Shown here piece by piece: positions 13,600 through 24,085 of a DNA stretch of 64,000 nt. Both the position numbers and the translations under genes were made by a program. The DNA is taken from NCBI RefSeq assembly GCF_036321535.1, contig NC_087436.1:108998001-109062000 (forward strand), given 5' to 3'. Under the pieces are notes generated by a model. That model made no database searches and was not told the origin of the DNA. It saw nothing but the letters and a program-made list of their open reading frames with translations. This stretch comes from Camelus dromedarius (Eukaryota). The number at the start of each line of letters is the position of its first letter. Positions within the stretch are counted from its first letter, which is position 1.

Positions 13600-13830
13600 A
13601 GCTGATATTCTTTGAGCACTTTCTCTCTTTTCATCACTTTGCATATGTGAATTCACTGAATTCTCTCCACAGCCCTGTGACATCGGTGACACCATGATCC
13701 TACTCTCCAGGTGAGGAAACAAGGGACAAACTAGTTAAGTGCCTAACCCAAGGACCTTCAACTTATAAGTGCAGTGCCAGGAAATGCACTCAAGTAATCC
13801 AAAAAGACAGTGTGAATTTCTAAACACCGC
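13600..13830 (-). mobile_element. MIR SINE
   Basis: ccaggtgaggaaacaagggacaaactagttaagtgcctaacccaagg. Confidence 0.6.
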
Positions 13831-13882
13831 CCTATGCTGTTAGATAATTAATTACTCAGGGTTCCCTTTAAAGCCTGTTTTC

Positions 13883-14630
13883 TTTTAAATTTTATATTTT
13901 TTATTAAAGTATAGTTGATTTACAATGTTATTTTAAGGTTACAGTAAAGTGATTCAGTTAAAGATATACATACATATGTATTTTTTCTTTTCAGATTCTT
14001 TTCCACTACATGCTATTACAAAAGACTGAGTATCATTCCCTATGCTATACAGTAGGTCCTTGTTGTTTATCTCTTTTATATGCAGTAATGTGTATTTGTT
14101 AATCCAAAACTTCTAATTTATCCCTCCCTTGCCCCTTCCCCTTTGGTAACCATAGTTTGTTTTCTATGTCTGTGAGTCTGTTTTTGGTTTGTAAATAGAA
14201 TTTGTATCATTTTTCTTTAGATTCCACATATAAGTGATATCATATGGTATTTGTCTTTCTCTAACTTACTTCACTTAATACGAATAATCTTTAGGTCCAT
14301 CCATGTTGCTAAAATGACATTATTTCATTCTATTTTATGGCTGGGTAATATTCTGTTATATATACATATACCACATCTTCTTTACCAGGTTGTCTGTTGA
14401 TGGACTTTTAGATTGTTTCCATGTCTTGGCTATTGTAAATAGTGCTGCTATGAACATTGGGGTGCACATGACTTTCTGAATTAGAGTTTTCTCTAGGTAT
14501 ATGCCCAGGCGTGGGATTGCTGGATCATATGGTAAGTCTATTTTCAGTTTTTTAAGGAACCTCCATACTATCCTCCATAGTGGCTGCACCAATTTACATT
14601 CCCATCAACAGTATAGGAGGGTTCCTTTTT
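13883..14630 (-). mobile_element. L1 3' end with ORF2 C-terminus, 5'-truncated
   Basis: ORF 14356-14592 ([26 protein letters not shown]...CTPMFIAALFTIAKTWKQ) is the L1 ORF2p C-terminus; A-tail and degenerate TSD present. Confidence 0.93.
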
Positions 14631-14979
14631 AAATCCCGTCTTCATGAATGCTGACCCCTGGAATCTCTAGCTCTAATGCCAAGGATGCAGGACTTTAGAG
14701 GTGCCCATGGAAAAGCAATATGGCACATGAAATGGTTATTAAACTATGAATTGTGGAGCTAAAGGAGAACACAGAGCCCTTGCAGATATGGCCATAGATG
14801 GGAGGGGGCTTCTGGCAGTTTCCCTCTGCACCCCATCCCCCACCCTCCCCCAACAATACTCTTCTGTTGTGATTCATTAGTATCACACATTGGGTTTCCA
14901 TGAGTGTTTCTGTTTGAGATTTTAGAAAGGGTTCACTGACTTCAAAAAAACAAATAAACTGGGAAATTTTGGTTTAACC

Positions 14980-15210
14980 TTACGGAATTTGGACTTGGCA
15001 GTTAGGCAGAACTGTGTTTGTATTCTGGTTTCATCCTTAACTGTATATAATCTTGACTACATTACTTAATCTCTCTAAGTGTCCCTTTCCGCATCTGTAA
15101 CATGTATGTAATAATTTCCATCTTACAGGTTTGTTAAAAGATTAAATAAAAACACTACATGTAAAATAATTAGTATAGAGTTTGATATTTAATGCATGAT
15201 CAATAAATAG
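14980..15210 (+). mobile_element. MIR SINE
   Basis: ggacttggcagttaggcagaactgtgtttgtattctgg...ttacttaatctctctaagtgtccctttccgcatctgtaa. Confidence 0.7.
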
Positions 15211-17733
15211 TAGATTAAAAAATTCTATGTACATCTTTATAATTATATAAAAGTCTTTATGGTTTAGATTGTACTGATTATCCACTTTTCTATTTCAAAG
15301 CCATTAGGACGTAAGTGAATGAGGATAATTAAAAACACCCTAGTGTTTGCGGATATTATTGAATGCCAAGGGTCTTGTCTGAAAATGCAAAATCAGGATT
15401 TAAGACTTACTGGAGAGCAGATGAATTAAAATAAATGGGGAGTATATACTCTCTAAGAGTAACACAGACTTTTAGTTCTGAGTGTATGAATTAAGAAATA
15501 AAATGAGCTCACTGCATAAGCGTGCTTGCTCTAGAGCCAGCGGTTTTAATGCTAAATCATAACAAAGCAAAGTAAACAAGTCTGAAGTTAAATGGATTCT
15601 AAGTGGCCACAGACATTCTCAACTAGATGAACAAGGCCCGAGAAAAGGGCTTCCATCAATGTTAATGTGAGCAGTGCTGCTCAAGTGCAGAGCATTAAAA
15701 GGAAGAAGAGATGCTTTGAAACACTCTGAATTATTTATCTGAGAGGAGAAATCAAAGTAAAAGATAAGAGAACCACAGAGTCACCAGAGTGGCTGGCTGA
15801 GAGCTATTTTATATTCTTTTCTCTACGGACACTCTTTTTCAAGCCCATTAGAACCTGGAGTCACATTATGACGCACATTTTTGTCTTTCTTTGGCTCCTC
15901 AGACCAAGTTTCAAAACAGGAAGAAAATATTTAATTAAGAATTCTTTAAAGTTGGTATTATCAATAAAGGCTATCACATTCCCCAGACTCTATTATCTGA
16001 TAAGGAGTGAAGAAGAAAGCAAAGAATGCAAAATACACTGTGTAGGAGCTCCAAGCTGACTAAGTAAGATGCATGCTGGGAAGTACTCCTTATGGCATAT
16101 CATGGTCTAAAAATATCGCAAAGCAATTTAGGAGATTTATGAGCTATATAACAAAGCAAGAAAAGTGAAACCAGCTCTGTTAGCTTAGTAATAAGAAAAT
16201 GCAGTCGAAGTAACAGAATGACTTGTCCAAACAATATTTGTCAGTAGAAGTTTTCTTTAGCAGCTTCATATAAATTTGGTTTTTAAGTCGTTTTACTTTT
16301 TTTGCAACTCCCTTTCCCACTACGTGCAATTATTTATAATACGCGAGGAATAGCAAACACTATGGCTTAATCCGTTACCTGCCGAACTACGTGCACACTC
16401 ACAAATTACTGCTGAAAATAGTGGGGTCCCAATCAGTTAACCTGCAATCCAATAAAACGCACTACAAAGGGTGTGCCATCTAATAGATAGTAATAGAAGA
16501 CACTGAACTGTGTTAGTCTTTTGGAAGATGAATTCTTCATTTTTAATGGCTTCCATTAAGTCTTACTACCACTTTATCTTGTCATTCCAATGCACAAAGC
16601 CCCTTGAAACCTGTACAGCAGCTCAGCAGTTCTGGAAAAACCATCTGCTTTACTGACTAATTTCTCTAAGAAATGATAATATTTGTTATGTAAGTGATGA
16701 GTGTGCCATGTGCCAAATTCACTGTGGGCAGATCAAAGACATTAGGAGCTAAAATAATTTACATATAATATTTGGATGAACAAGATGCAGTGCAGAATTT
16801 TGTAGAAAATAAAGATTTCAGTAAGACCTTTGTTTTTTTCCACATAGGGTTGTAAACTAAACTACAATGAAAGGCAGAATCAAGTACATTCTTTTCTTTT
16901 TCAAAAAGGCATCACGTGGAATCAGCAGGAGCTGCAACTGAATTTGTCTACGCTAAAATAATAAGTTTTAAATCAGACTGAGTCAAAAATATTCTCTAAA
17001 TAAAATGTGAGACTTCAGTATTTTATTCAGATTGGTCTTTGAAAGGCAGTGAGGGTCTGGTGACACTGACCCACCTCGGCTTCAGCTGTCTGATAATCTG
17101 TGCCATGTATTAATCTGCTAGAGGCCCAGCCCGAATCCCACCTACTCTGATAAAACTGTTCCTGACCTGAGTAATTCTGAATTCTCTGACTCCAGGGGCA
17201 ACTAAGCCTGAGTCGTTTCACTGAGAAGATGAAGTGTGTGAGAGTGAGCAGCTATTACACGCCGTAGGAACGTAAGATGGTAATATTACTACGTGCCCTG
17301 ACCCATGGCAGGTGCTCAATAAATACTGGGTAAAGAAACAAGTAGTGGTATTTGCTAGTTTGTCTCTTGCAAGCACAACTCAACCTGAACCTGACTGTGT
17401 CATTTCTGAGGATCCAGGTTACCTTCTGTACCAAACCAACTGCCATGTTGATGAAGTGTAAAACTTCTTAGGGGCAATCTGTATCAGAAAAATCACCCAA
17501 CTGGGAAGTTTAAAACCCAGCTCCAGCCCTGCCAACGAATAGCCTTGGACCTTTGGACAGCCACCGACCTCTGTGTGCTGTGGTTTCCTCATATTTGGAC
17601 CAGACCATTTCTGAACTACTGCCAGGCTAAGAAGAGAAGTTTTTGTTGATGATAGACTTTTAAAATATTTCAGAATTGTGGCAAAGGAATAATTTCTTTT
17701 GATACCAAACAGACTTCAAGAAGATTGCTACCT

Positions 17734-17866
17734 GGAGTGACTGTGTGCTCTATCATGACCTGACAACACATATGGGAAGTGAAAGGGACACTATTAATAA
17801 TTACATTTAAGACAACAGGCATAAACTGCTACTGCACTGGGCCAACCTGGGACATACGGTCACTCC
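17734..17866 (+). mobile_element. hAT-Blackjack MITE (MER94-like)
   Basis: 11-bp TIRs ggagtgactgt / acggtcactcc; interior gtgaaagggacactattaataattac...gacaacaggcataaac; 133 bp. Confidence 0.75.
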
Positions 17867-18284
17867 GTCTTCTGCCCCTTGGATGGTTAAAGTATTGTTG
17901 CAGACCAGAACATTTTCAGTTACATTAAATTAAACTTCCTATTTTACCACAGACTTCCATTCAGATAATAAAGCAGCTAGTGGACATTATAAATGTATTT
18001 GGCCTTCAAATAAATTTAATCAAACATAGCCAAAGGCTGTTTTATTTCATACATAACTTCCCAGGAAGAGTCCGAGAACAAAAGGCAACACTTTGTTTTA
18101 CCTTCTTCATTGTGCTAAAAAAATAGTCCGAGCTATATCTAAACATTTATAAAAATATCATTGACGCTGGTGTGTATGTCCTGTTAACCGTGAGCAAAAT
18201 GTGAAGCTAGGTCCTGCAAGAAGAGTTCCTCAAAGAGACGCCCTCCTCCCCGGACCGTGAGCCCCAAGGGGGCCTCCGACTTAC

Positions 18285-18378
18285 TTGAATCCCTTTGGCG
18301 TCAGGATGCACTTGGAGTCGTGCTGGCAGGGGTTCAGGTCCTGGGCACAGAAGTCCAGCTTCTCCTCACACAACTCGC
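18285..18378 (-). CDS. SLIT2: SLIT2 exon (~30), end of EGF3 and EGF4
   Basis: 94 nt; gacag|G...AA|gtaagt; [32 protein letters not shown]. Confidence 0.97.
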
Positions 18379-18789
18379 CTGTCAACATGCCAAACGGTGT
18401 TAGGTCACAGAGAAAGGCTGACGGGGTTCCTGCCAGCAGGCTGTGTCATGGGCCTTGGAGGTTAGCATAGCTTGTGATTGGGAAAAAAAATTTAAAAATC
18501 ACAAGACACAGAAGCAGAAGATCCAAAATGCTGGCTCTGCTGCTAAACCGTCTTGTGATTTGAGACAACAGAACTATTGTGATCTGTGACTAATTGGAGC
18601 CCCTTCTGAATAACTATTGGAAACAGTATACTATAGGAAAAGGAAGTCTGAATGCTTTTCACTTCTGTTCTTTTATTATTATACTTTTTCACTCTGGACT
18701 TTTTATGAAGGTTTAACATACACCAAAAAGATAAATAAGTAGCTAATAAATAGTCACAAACCGAACCCACTCATGTAAGCAGCATCCAC

Positions 18790-18950
18790 ATCTGAAAACA
18801 CACCAGTTACCCTCATCCCAGAAGCCTGCCCCCGAGGGTAAGTAGCCGCCACCCTGACAGGACCACACATTAGCTGTGCCTGGTGTGGAGCTGGACATAA
18901 ACCGAATCACTTGCTACGCACCCCTTTATGTCTGGCTTGTTCTGTTGTTT
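18790..18950 (-). mobile_element. Old L1 (L1MC/ME-like) 3' fragment
   Basis: cattagctgtgcctggtgtggagctggacataaaccgaatcac...ttatgtctggcttgttc resembles an old L1 3'UTR motif. Confidence 0.5.
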
Positions 18951-20336
18951 CATGTTTGAGAAAACAATCCTCAAATCCTTACAGTCGCCAGGGTTTTTTA
19001 AGTCTAGACGAAAAAGACTGTTTTCCTTTCACGACTTATCGTAATAGGTCAACAGAATCCCCCTCAGCTACATCCATCACGGCAGAAAGAAAACAGTGAG
19101 AGGAGACTCAGTCGAGATAGAGAACATACACTTCTTTCTGAGCATCATTATCTTATAAAGAATAATTGTCATCCACATATGGGAACCACAAGCCCAACCA
19201 TGCAGATTCTAGACACTCTGTGTTGAATTGCTGGTCTGCTTATCTCTTTGGAAATTTCTTCAAATACAAACAACGTGGTTATATTTTATTTTCAGATACA
19301 TTAGGCCAAGTATGATTTTCAGTGGGAAGACTTTCCCAATCATTGTGTGAGATTTTAAGGTGGCTGGAAAGGTGTACAATTAAAAAGTTCTCCCCTTTCC
19401 TAACTTACTTTTAAATTACTTTCTAATTATTTTATATGCAATAAATGAATGAAGTGATCCACCTATAGGCAGCATCCAAGAAATTATTAGAATTTTTATT
19501 TGTTCAAAGTGTATGGATTTAAAACAACATTGATTAAAACATTAGGAGTTTGCAGCACATCCCTTTGCTTTACACTCTCCTTTTAAGGTAATACTTCGTT
19601 AACTGCACATACATAGCATGCATGTATTTACTGACTTAAACATGTATGTAGTGCTCAGTACTGTGTATCAGGCAGTTTTAAACTTTGTACAAATATGCAG
19701 TCATTTCATGTTCATGACAACCATGTAAGGTTAGGTTGCAAGGCTGCGCTGTTTCAGATGCATTCAATATTTACTGCTGTTTATCTCATTCTTCTTTGAG
19801 TGGAAGATCCCTGAGAGCAGTATGCCTGGAATATCTGCCTTTCTATCTGTCTAGAGTACACTATGGTGAAATACTAAAATAACAGTTACTGAAAGAAAGA
19901 CTCATGCTTTTTAAAGCAAGAACTCTGTCTTGATGACATATTTATATTCGACTTGGGTATCATTTTAGCCTTTAGACATTTTGTTTTTCTGTCTAATCTT
20001 TACTTAATAATCTGTCACTCATTCATAATAACTAGCTTATGCTCTTTCCTTTAAACATTACTTTAACATTTTTTCCTGACTATATATTAAAAATAAATGT
20101 TTTTTAAAATTCAATGTGTTTTCATTGACCTGTTTCTTTATTTGTTCTAATTACACTGGGTTCTGCTGTGTGTGGGGGAAGGCAGCTTTTCAAGTTCAAA
20201 GAGTGTCCCACAGTGGTAAGACTCAGGAGCTCAGGGGAAGATGGGAAATGGAGCACGCCTGCCCCACAGACAAACGCCAGATGGTGTATCTACCTCTCAG
20301 CCAGCAAAGGAAAACCAGGCATTTGAAAGATGCACT

Positions 20337-20478
20337 CGGGTGGGGAGGATATAGCTCAAGTGGTAAAGCGCATGCTTAGCACGCACAAGGTGCCGGGTTC
20401 AATCCCCAGGACTTCCCCTAAAAATAAATATATAAGCCTAATTACCACCCCCCAAAAATTAAAAAAAAAAAGAAGCAC
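20337..20478 (+). mobile_element. tRNA-derived SINE, Vic-1 (camelid) type
   Basis: GGGGAGGATATAGCTCAAGTGGTAAAGCGCATGCTTAGC...GGGTTCAATCCCCAG (A and B boxes), A tail, 15-bp TSD tttgaaagatgcact at 20322-20336 and 20479-20493. Confidence 0.9.
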
Positions 20479-21183
20479 TTTGAAAGATGCACTGGTTTTC
20501 TAGGAAGAGTGGAAATAAAAGGCACTGACAGTAACGTACTCACATGCAACTTCTGCCAAAACTCATGGTGTTGGGAGGACGTTACGTACTTTTTCTTTGG
20601 TTTTTATTTTAGGGATATGTGTAGTCACAGCTAGTGCTGAGTGAGCGGAAAAATCAGGGGAAAATGATGGAAAGGAAGGCAACTGAATTTGCTTCTTTGA
20701 TGGTCCAGCGCCTGCCTGAGAGAGTATCATCAATAGCTGTCTCTCCTCCTGAAATGATAATGTGCATAAGGTGACAGAACGGACAGGTGGAAACGTTCTT
20801 TATTCCGCTACACATACGTTGTAATCTATTAGCTTATAATCAGGTCTTTATATTTTTAACGTGGCACCAGGAAAGGTAAGTCAGCCCACTGAAATGGTTA
20901 AGTCTGGACACAAATTAAATTTCAGTGCCCAGGAACCCCTCAAGATAGGGTCTAAACAAACCTTGGCTTCCTAATTTGTCTCCAAATCCACTCCATGAAA
21001 TCCCAGGGAATCCTACTTACTTGCTTTCCGCCTGGACCCTTAAAAGTCCCCAGTGAAAAAGAAACAGCTTGGCACACACTGGTTGCCTGGCATTTATGAT
21101 TTCAGTTTTGATCAGACAAGCAAATTATTCTTCCTTGTGCTCCTAGTTTTCAGCTTTTTTTTTGCTGATGAGTAGTTAAAGGG

Positions 21184-21217
21184 GTGTGTGTGTGTGTGTG
21201 GGTGTATGTGTGTGTGT
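21184..21217. repeat. (TG)n microsatellite, interrupted
   Basis: gtgtgtgtgtgtgtgtgggtgtatgtgtgtgtgt. Confidence 0.9.
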
Positions 21218-22570
21218 AAGTACTGGTTGTCTGTGTTTTGGAGAAGAAACAGACTGGTTAACCAAGGAGTGTGCTGTTACTTCTTCAGGATAACAGAAGT
21301 CAGTGAATGACCAGTGAATAACTTACGAAGAAAAAGCACCACGTGTCCTCAAGAGGCACCTTTTTCGGTAAGGAAGTGATGTGTAGTGTTTAGATCACCT
21401 CTCTCTGACTGTGTCTGTCATGTAAGTAAGGCAGAGAGTGGGACTGGAAATGGCCAGGTTCTGCACTTACACTAGTAAGAGCTGTGAAGGAGGGAGGTAA
21501 GAGTGATGCCCACTTCCCCCAAAGGGCATGAATCCTCAGAGTCCAGGAGAAGACATAATTCACTGCTTACTGAACATCTGCACATGTGGTTTCTCTGAAG
21601 AATCTGATGTAGCGGATAATGTGACCATACATTCTGCTTCGCTCAGGACAGTCCTGGTTTATACCTGCTGTCCCAAGGTAATTTTCAATAGAGCACTCAC
21701 ACAGACACCCTGATCTGGGTGATAAATGCTACGGTCACCTTGAGGGTGGAGCAGTAAAAGCTGGATCATCAGAGTTAATGCTCTGCTTGGAGTGAGGAGT
21801 GAGCCAGCATGAAGAGATCCTGGGCAGAAACTACTCTTAAGTGGGTGCAGTGACACCTGGGCTGCTGAGTTACCGCGTGGAATGGCCTGCTGCAATTCAT
21901 TCAACATAAAACACAGGACTGGCTTCAGGGAAGGGAAATATTTTATTGCTCTGAGCCCCAATTCTTCATTGGTAAAATGAGGTTATGGAATTGAAGTTGT
22001 GCAAGGTCAACTGTGGCTATAAAAATCTTTTTTAAAAAAGCGAAAAATGCTTCTAAAGAGATGGATAATGCAGATAGCAAGTTTGTAGAGACAGCATCCT
22101 GCTGCAGCTGAACAAAGCAACATTACTGCATTCATTGGTAAAAACAAAGTGTGAGCACGGGCCCAGGTATCGCAGAGGTACCAATATTGTGAATGTTATT
22201 GCAGTGGGGCAGAAATCTCAGTGCACTTGATGGTTCTTATGGAAAACAGGAGCTGGAGTTGGCTTTGTGTCCTGCTTCATTTTAGATCCATGGATCTAAT
22301 ATTAATGTTCCTTCTTTCTTAACCACAAGGGACCCTTCCTTTCACCTTCATTTGTATTTCTGGTATCTTATCTTTCTGTTTACATTCCTTATTACATTCC
22401 ACACTTCCTGAAATAGTTTTAGAATTATTCTACAAACTTCTGAGAGATCTAGGGCATGATCTGTCTATGGATTTTTTTCAAATAATTCTCGTAGCAAACC
22501 ACCAGATTTTTACCACCATAATGAAAACTATACATGAGGGCTTGTGTTAATGCTAAGAGTGCAAATGGTG

Positions 22571-22607
22571 AATAACAACAACAACAACAACAACAAACAA
22601 CAACAAC
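22571..22607. repeat. (AAC)n microsatellite
   Basis: aataacaacaacaacaacaacaacaaacaacaacaac. Confidence 0.9.
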
Positions 22608-22729
22608 ATGATATCTGTGTTCTCTCATGGAGATTCTGCATGAGAGGAGGAGGAGAAAGATATTGATCTACTAATTTCACAAGTAACTGCAAAACTGCCA
22701 GAGAGATGAATGCTAATAAAAACCTTGGT

Positions 22730-23495
22730 GCCCTAGAAGCGGGATAGACCATGAGGGAGGTTTTTCTGAAGCTGTGAGACTTGGACTGAGGGTGAAGGGG
22801 GAATAAAGAGCACTGGCAGGGACTCTGTGCAGGAGGTGATGTGGAACTTATGAGCTCTGAGAGCCTAGGAGTGAGCCGGGGAGAGCATGGTGACAGAGGA
22901 AGCTACAGAGGCTGGTAGGGGCCACGTGGCAGAATGTCTTTACTTTATGAGCCAGTGGGTGCCACCGAAGGGTTTTAAGCTGGAGGACGGCCAGACGACA
23001 TCAGTACTTTGGAAAGAAGGTTCTGGCTCTAGTGGAGGATGGATCGCACAGGGGCAGATACAAATGGATATGAGAGATGACTTAGCTGGTACTCAGGTGG
23101 CGGTAGAGGAGATATGGATGGCCTGGAGAGATGTTTAGGAAACGAAATAGATGCCAATTTGCAATGGATTGGGTGAGGATTTATTTTTTAAATCAAGATG
23201 GGTATTTTGCTTCAGGGGGATGGAGGAAGTATAGTGTTTAAAAGTTGGAAGACCTTCTGAATGAGCTATTTTCTATGCAGCAGAAATTTAAGATGAGAGG
23301 TCATGGAAGACAGGTGTCCTGTGACCAGTTGTTTAAAGGTGCACAGGAAACATTCGTGGTGTCCAGGGGAGAGAGGAAGCTGTCCGAGACTTCTAGGTTT
23401 CTGGTGTGTATATCTGGAAGTGCTTTTCAGTGACATAGAAAATACTGAAAAGACCAGGTTTTCTGAGGGAGAAATCAAGAGTCTGAAATATAGTA
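22730..23495. mobile_element. L2 LINE fragments
   Basis: Purine-rich stretch with gccaccgaagggttttaagc...tttggaaagaaggttctggct and gagagatgtttaggaa, typical L2 motifs. Confidence 0.6.
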
Positions 23496-23501
23496 AAGTG
23501 G

Positions 23502-23900
23502 TGTTATAGGCTGAATAACCCTCTCCCTCAAAAAAATATGCTGTGGTCCTCCAGTACTTCAGAATGTGACCTTTTTTGGAGGCAGGGTTTTTATAGATGT
23601 CATCAAGTTCAATGAGGTCCTTAGGGTGAGCCTTAATCCAATATGGCTCATGGTCTTAGAGGACAAGGACACTGGGCCTAGAGGGAAGCCCATGTGAAGA
23701 GACAGATGGGGGCTGATGACCATCTACAGGCCAGGTAGAGAAATCTGCAACACATCCTTCCTTCACAGCCCTCAAAAGGAACTAACACCACTGACACCTT
23801 GATTTTGGACTTCTAATCTCTAGAAGTGTGAGACAGTAAATTTCTGAAGTTTCAGCCACCCAATATATGCTACTTATAGGATCCCTAGCGAACCAATATA
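23502..23900 (+). mobile_element. Solo MaLR LTR (MLT1B-like)
   Basis: tgttataggctgaat...cagaatgtgaccttttttgga...gacaccttgattttggacttct...aatata; 5-bp TSD agtgg/ggtgg. Confidence 0.88.
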
Positions 23901-23964
23901 GGTGGTAAGTTCTACATAACTGGAGGTTTATAGTGGGGAATACAATTTCCAACTGACGCTACTA

Positions 23965-24085
23965 TGTCTTTCCTTCTCTTTCTCTTCTTTTTCTCTTCCT
24001 TTTTCCCCATCCCTCCCCCAACCCCCATTTTCTTTCCTTATTTCTTTTTCTTTTAGGTCTCTTTCCTTTCTTATTTCATTCCATG
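23965..24085. repeat. Pyrimidine-rich low-complexity tract
   Basis: Almost entirely C/T on the + strand. Confidence 0.8.

Noticed and set aside
14356..14592. 78-aa ORF with real protein similarity
   Set aside because: It is the C-terminal remnant of L1 ORF2p in a truncated element, not a host gene.
20341..20420. tRNA-like sequence with A and B boxes
   Set aside because: It has a poly(A) tail, a TSD and a degenerate cloverleaf, so it is a SINE and not a tRNA gene.
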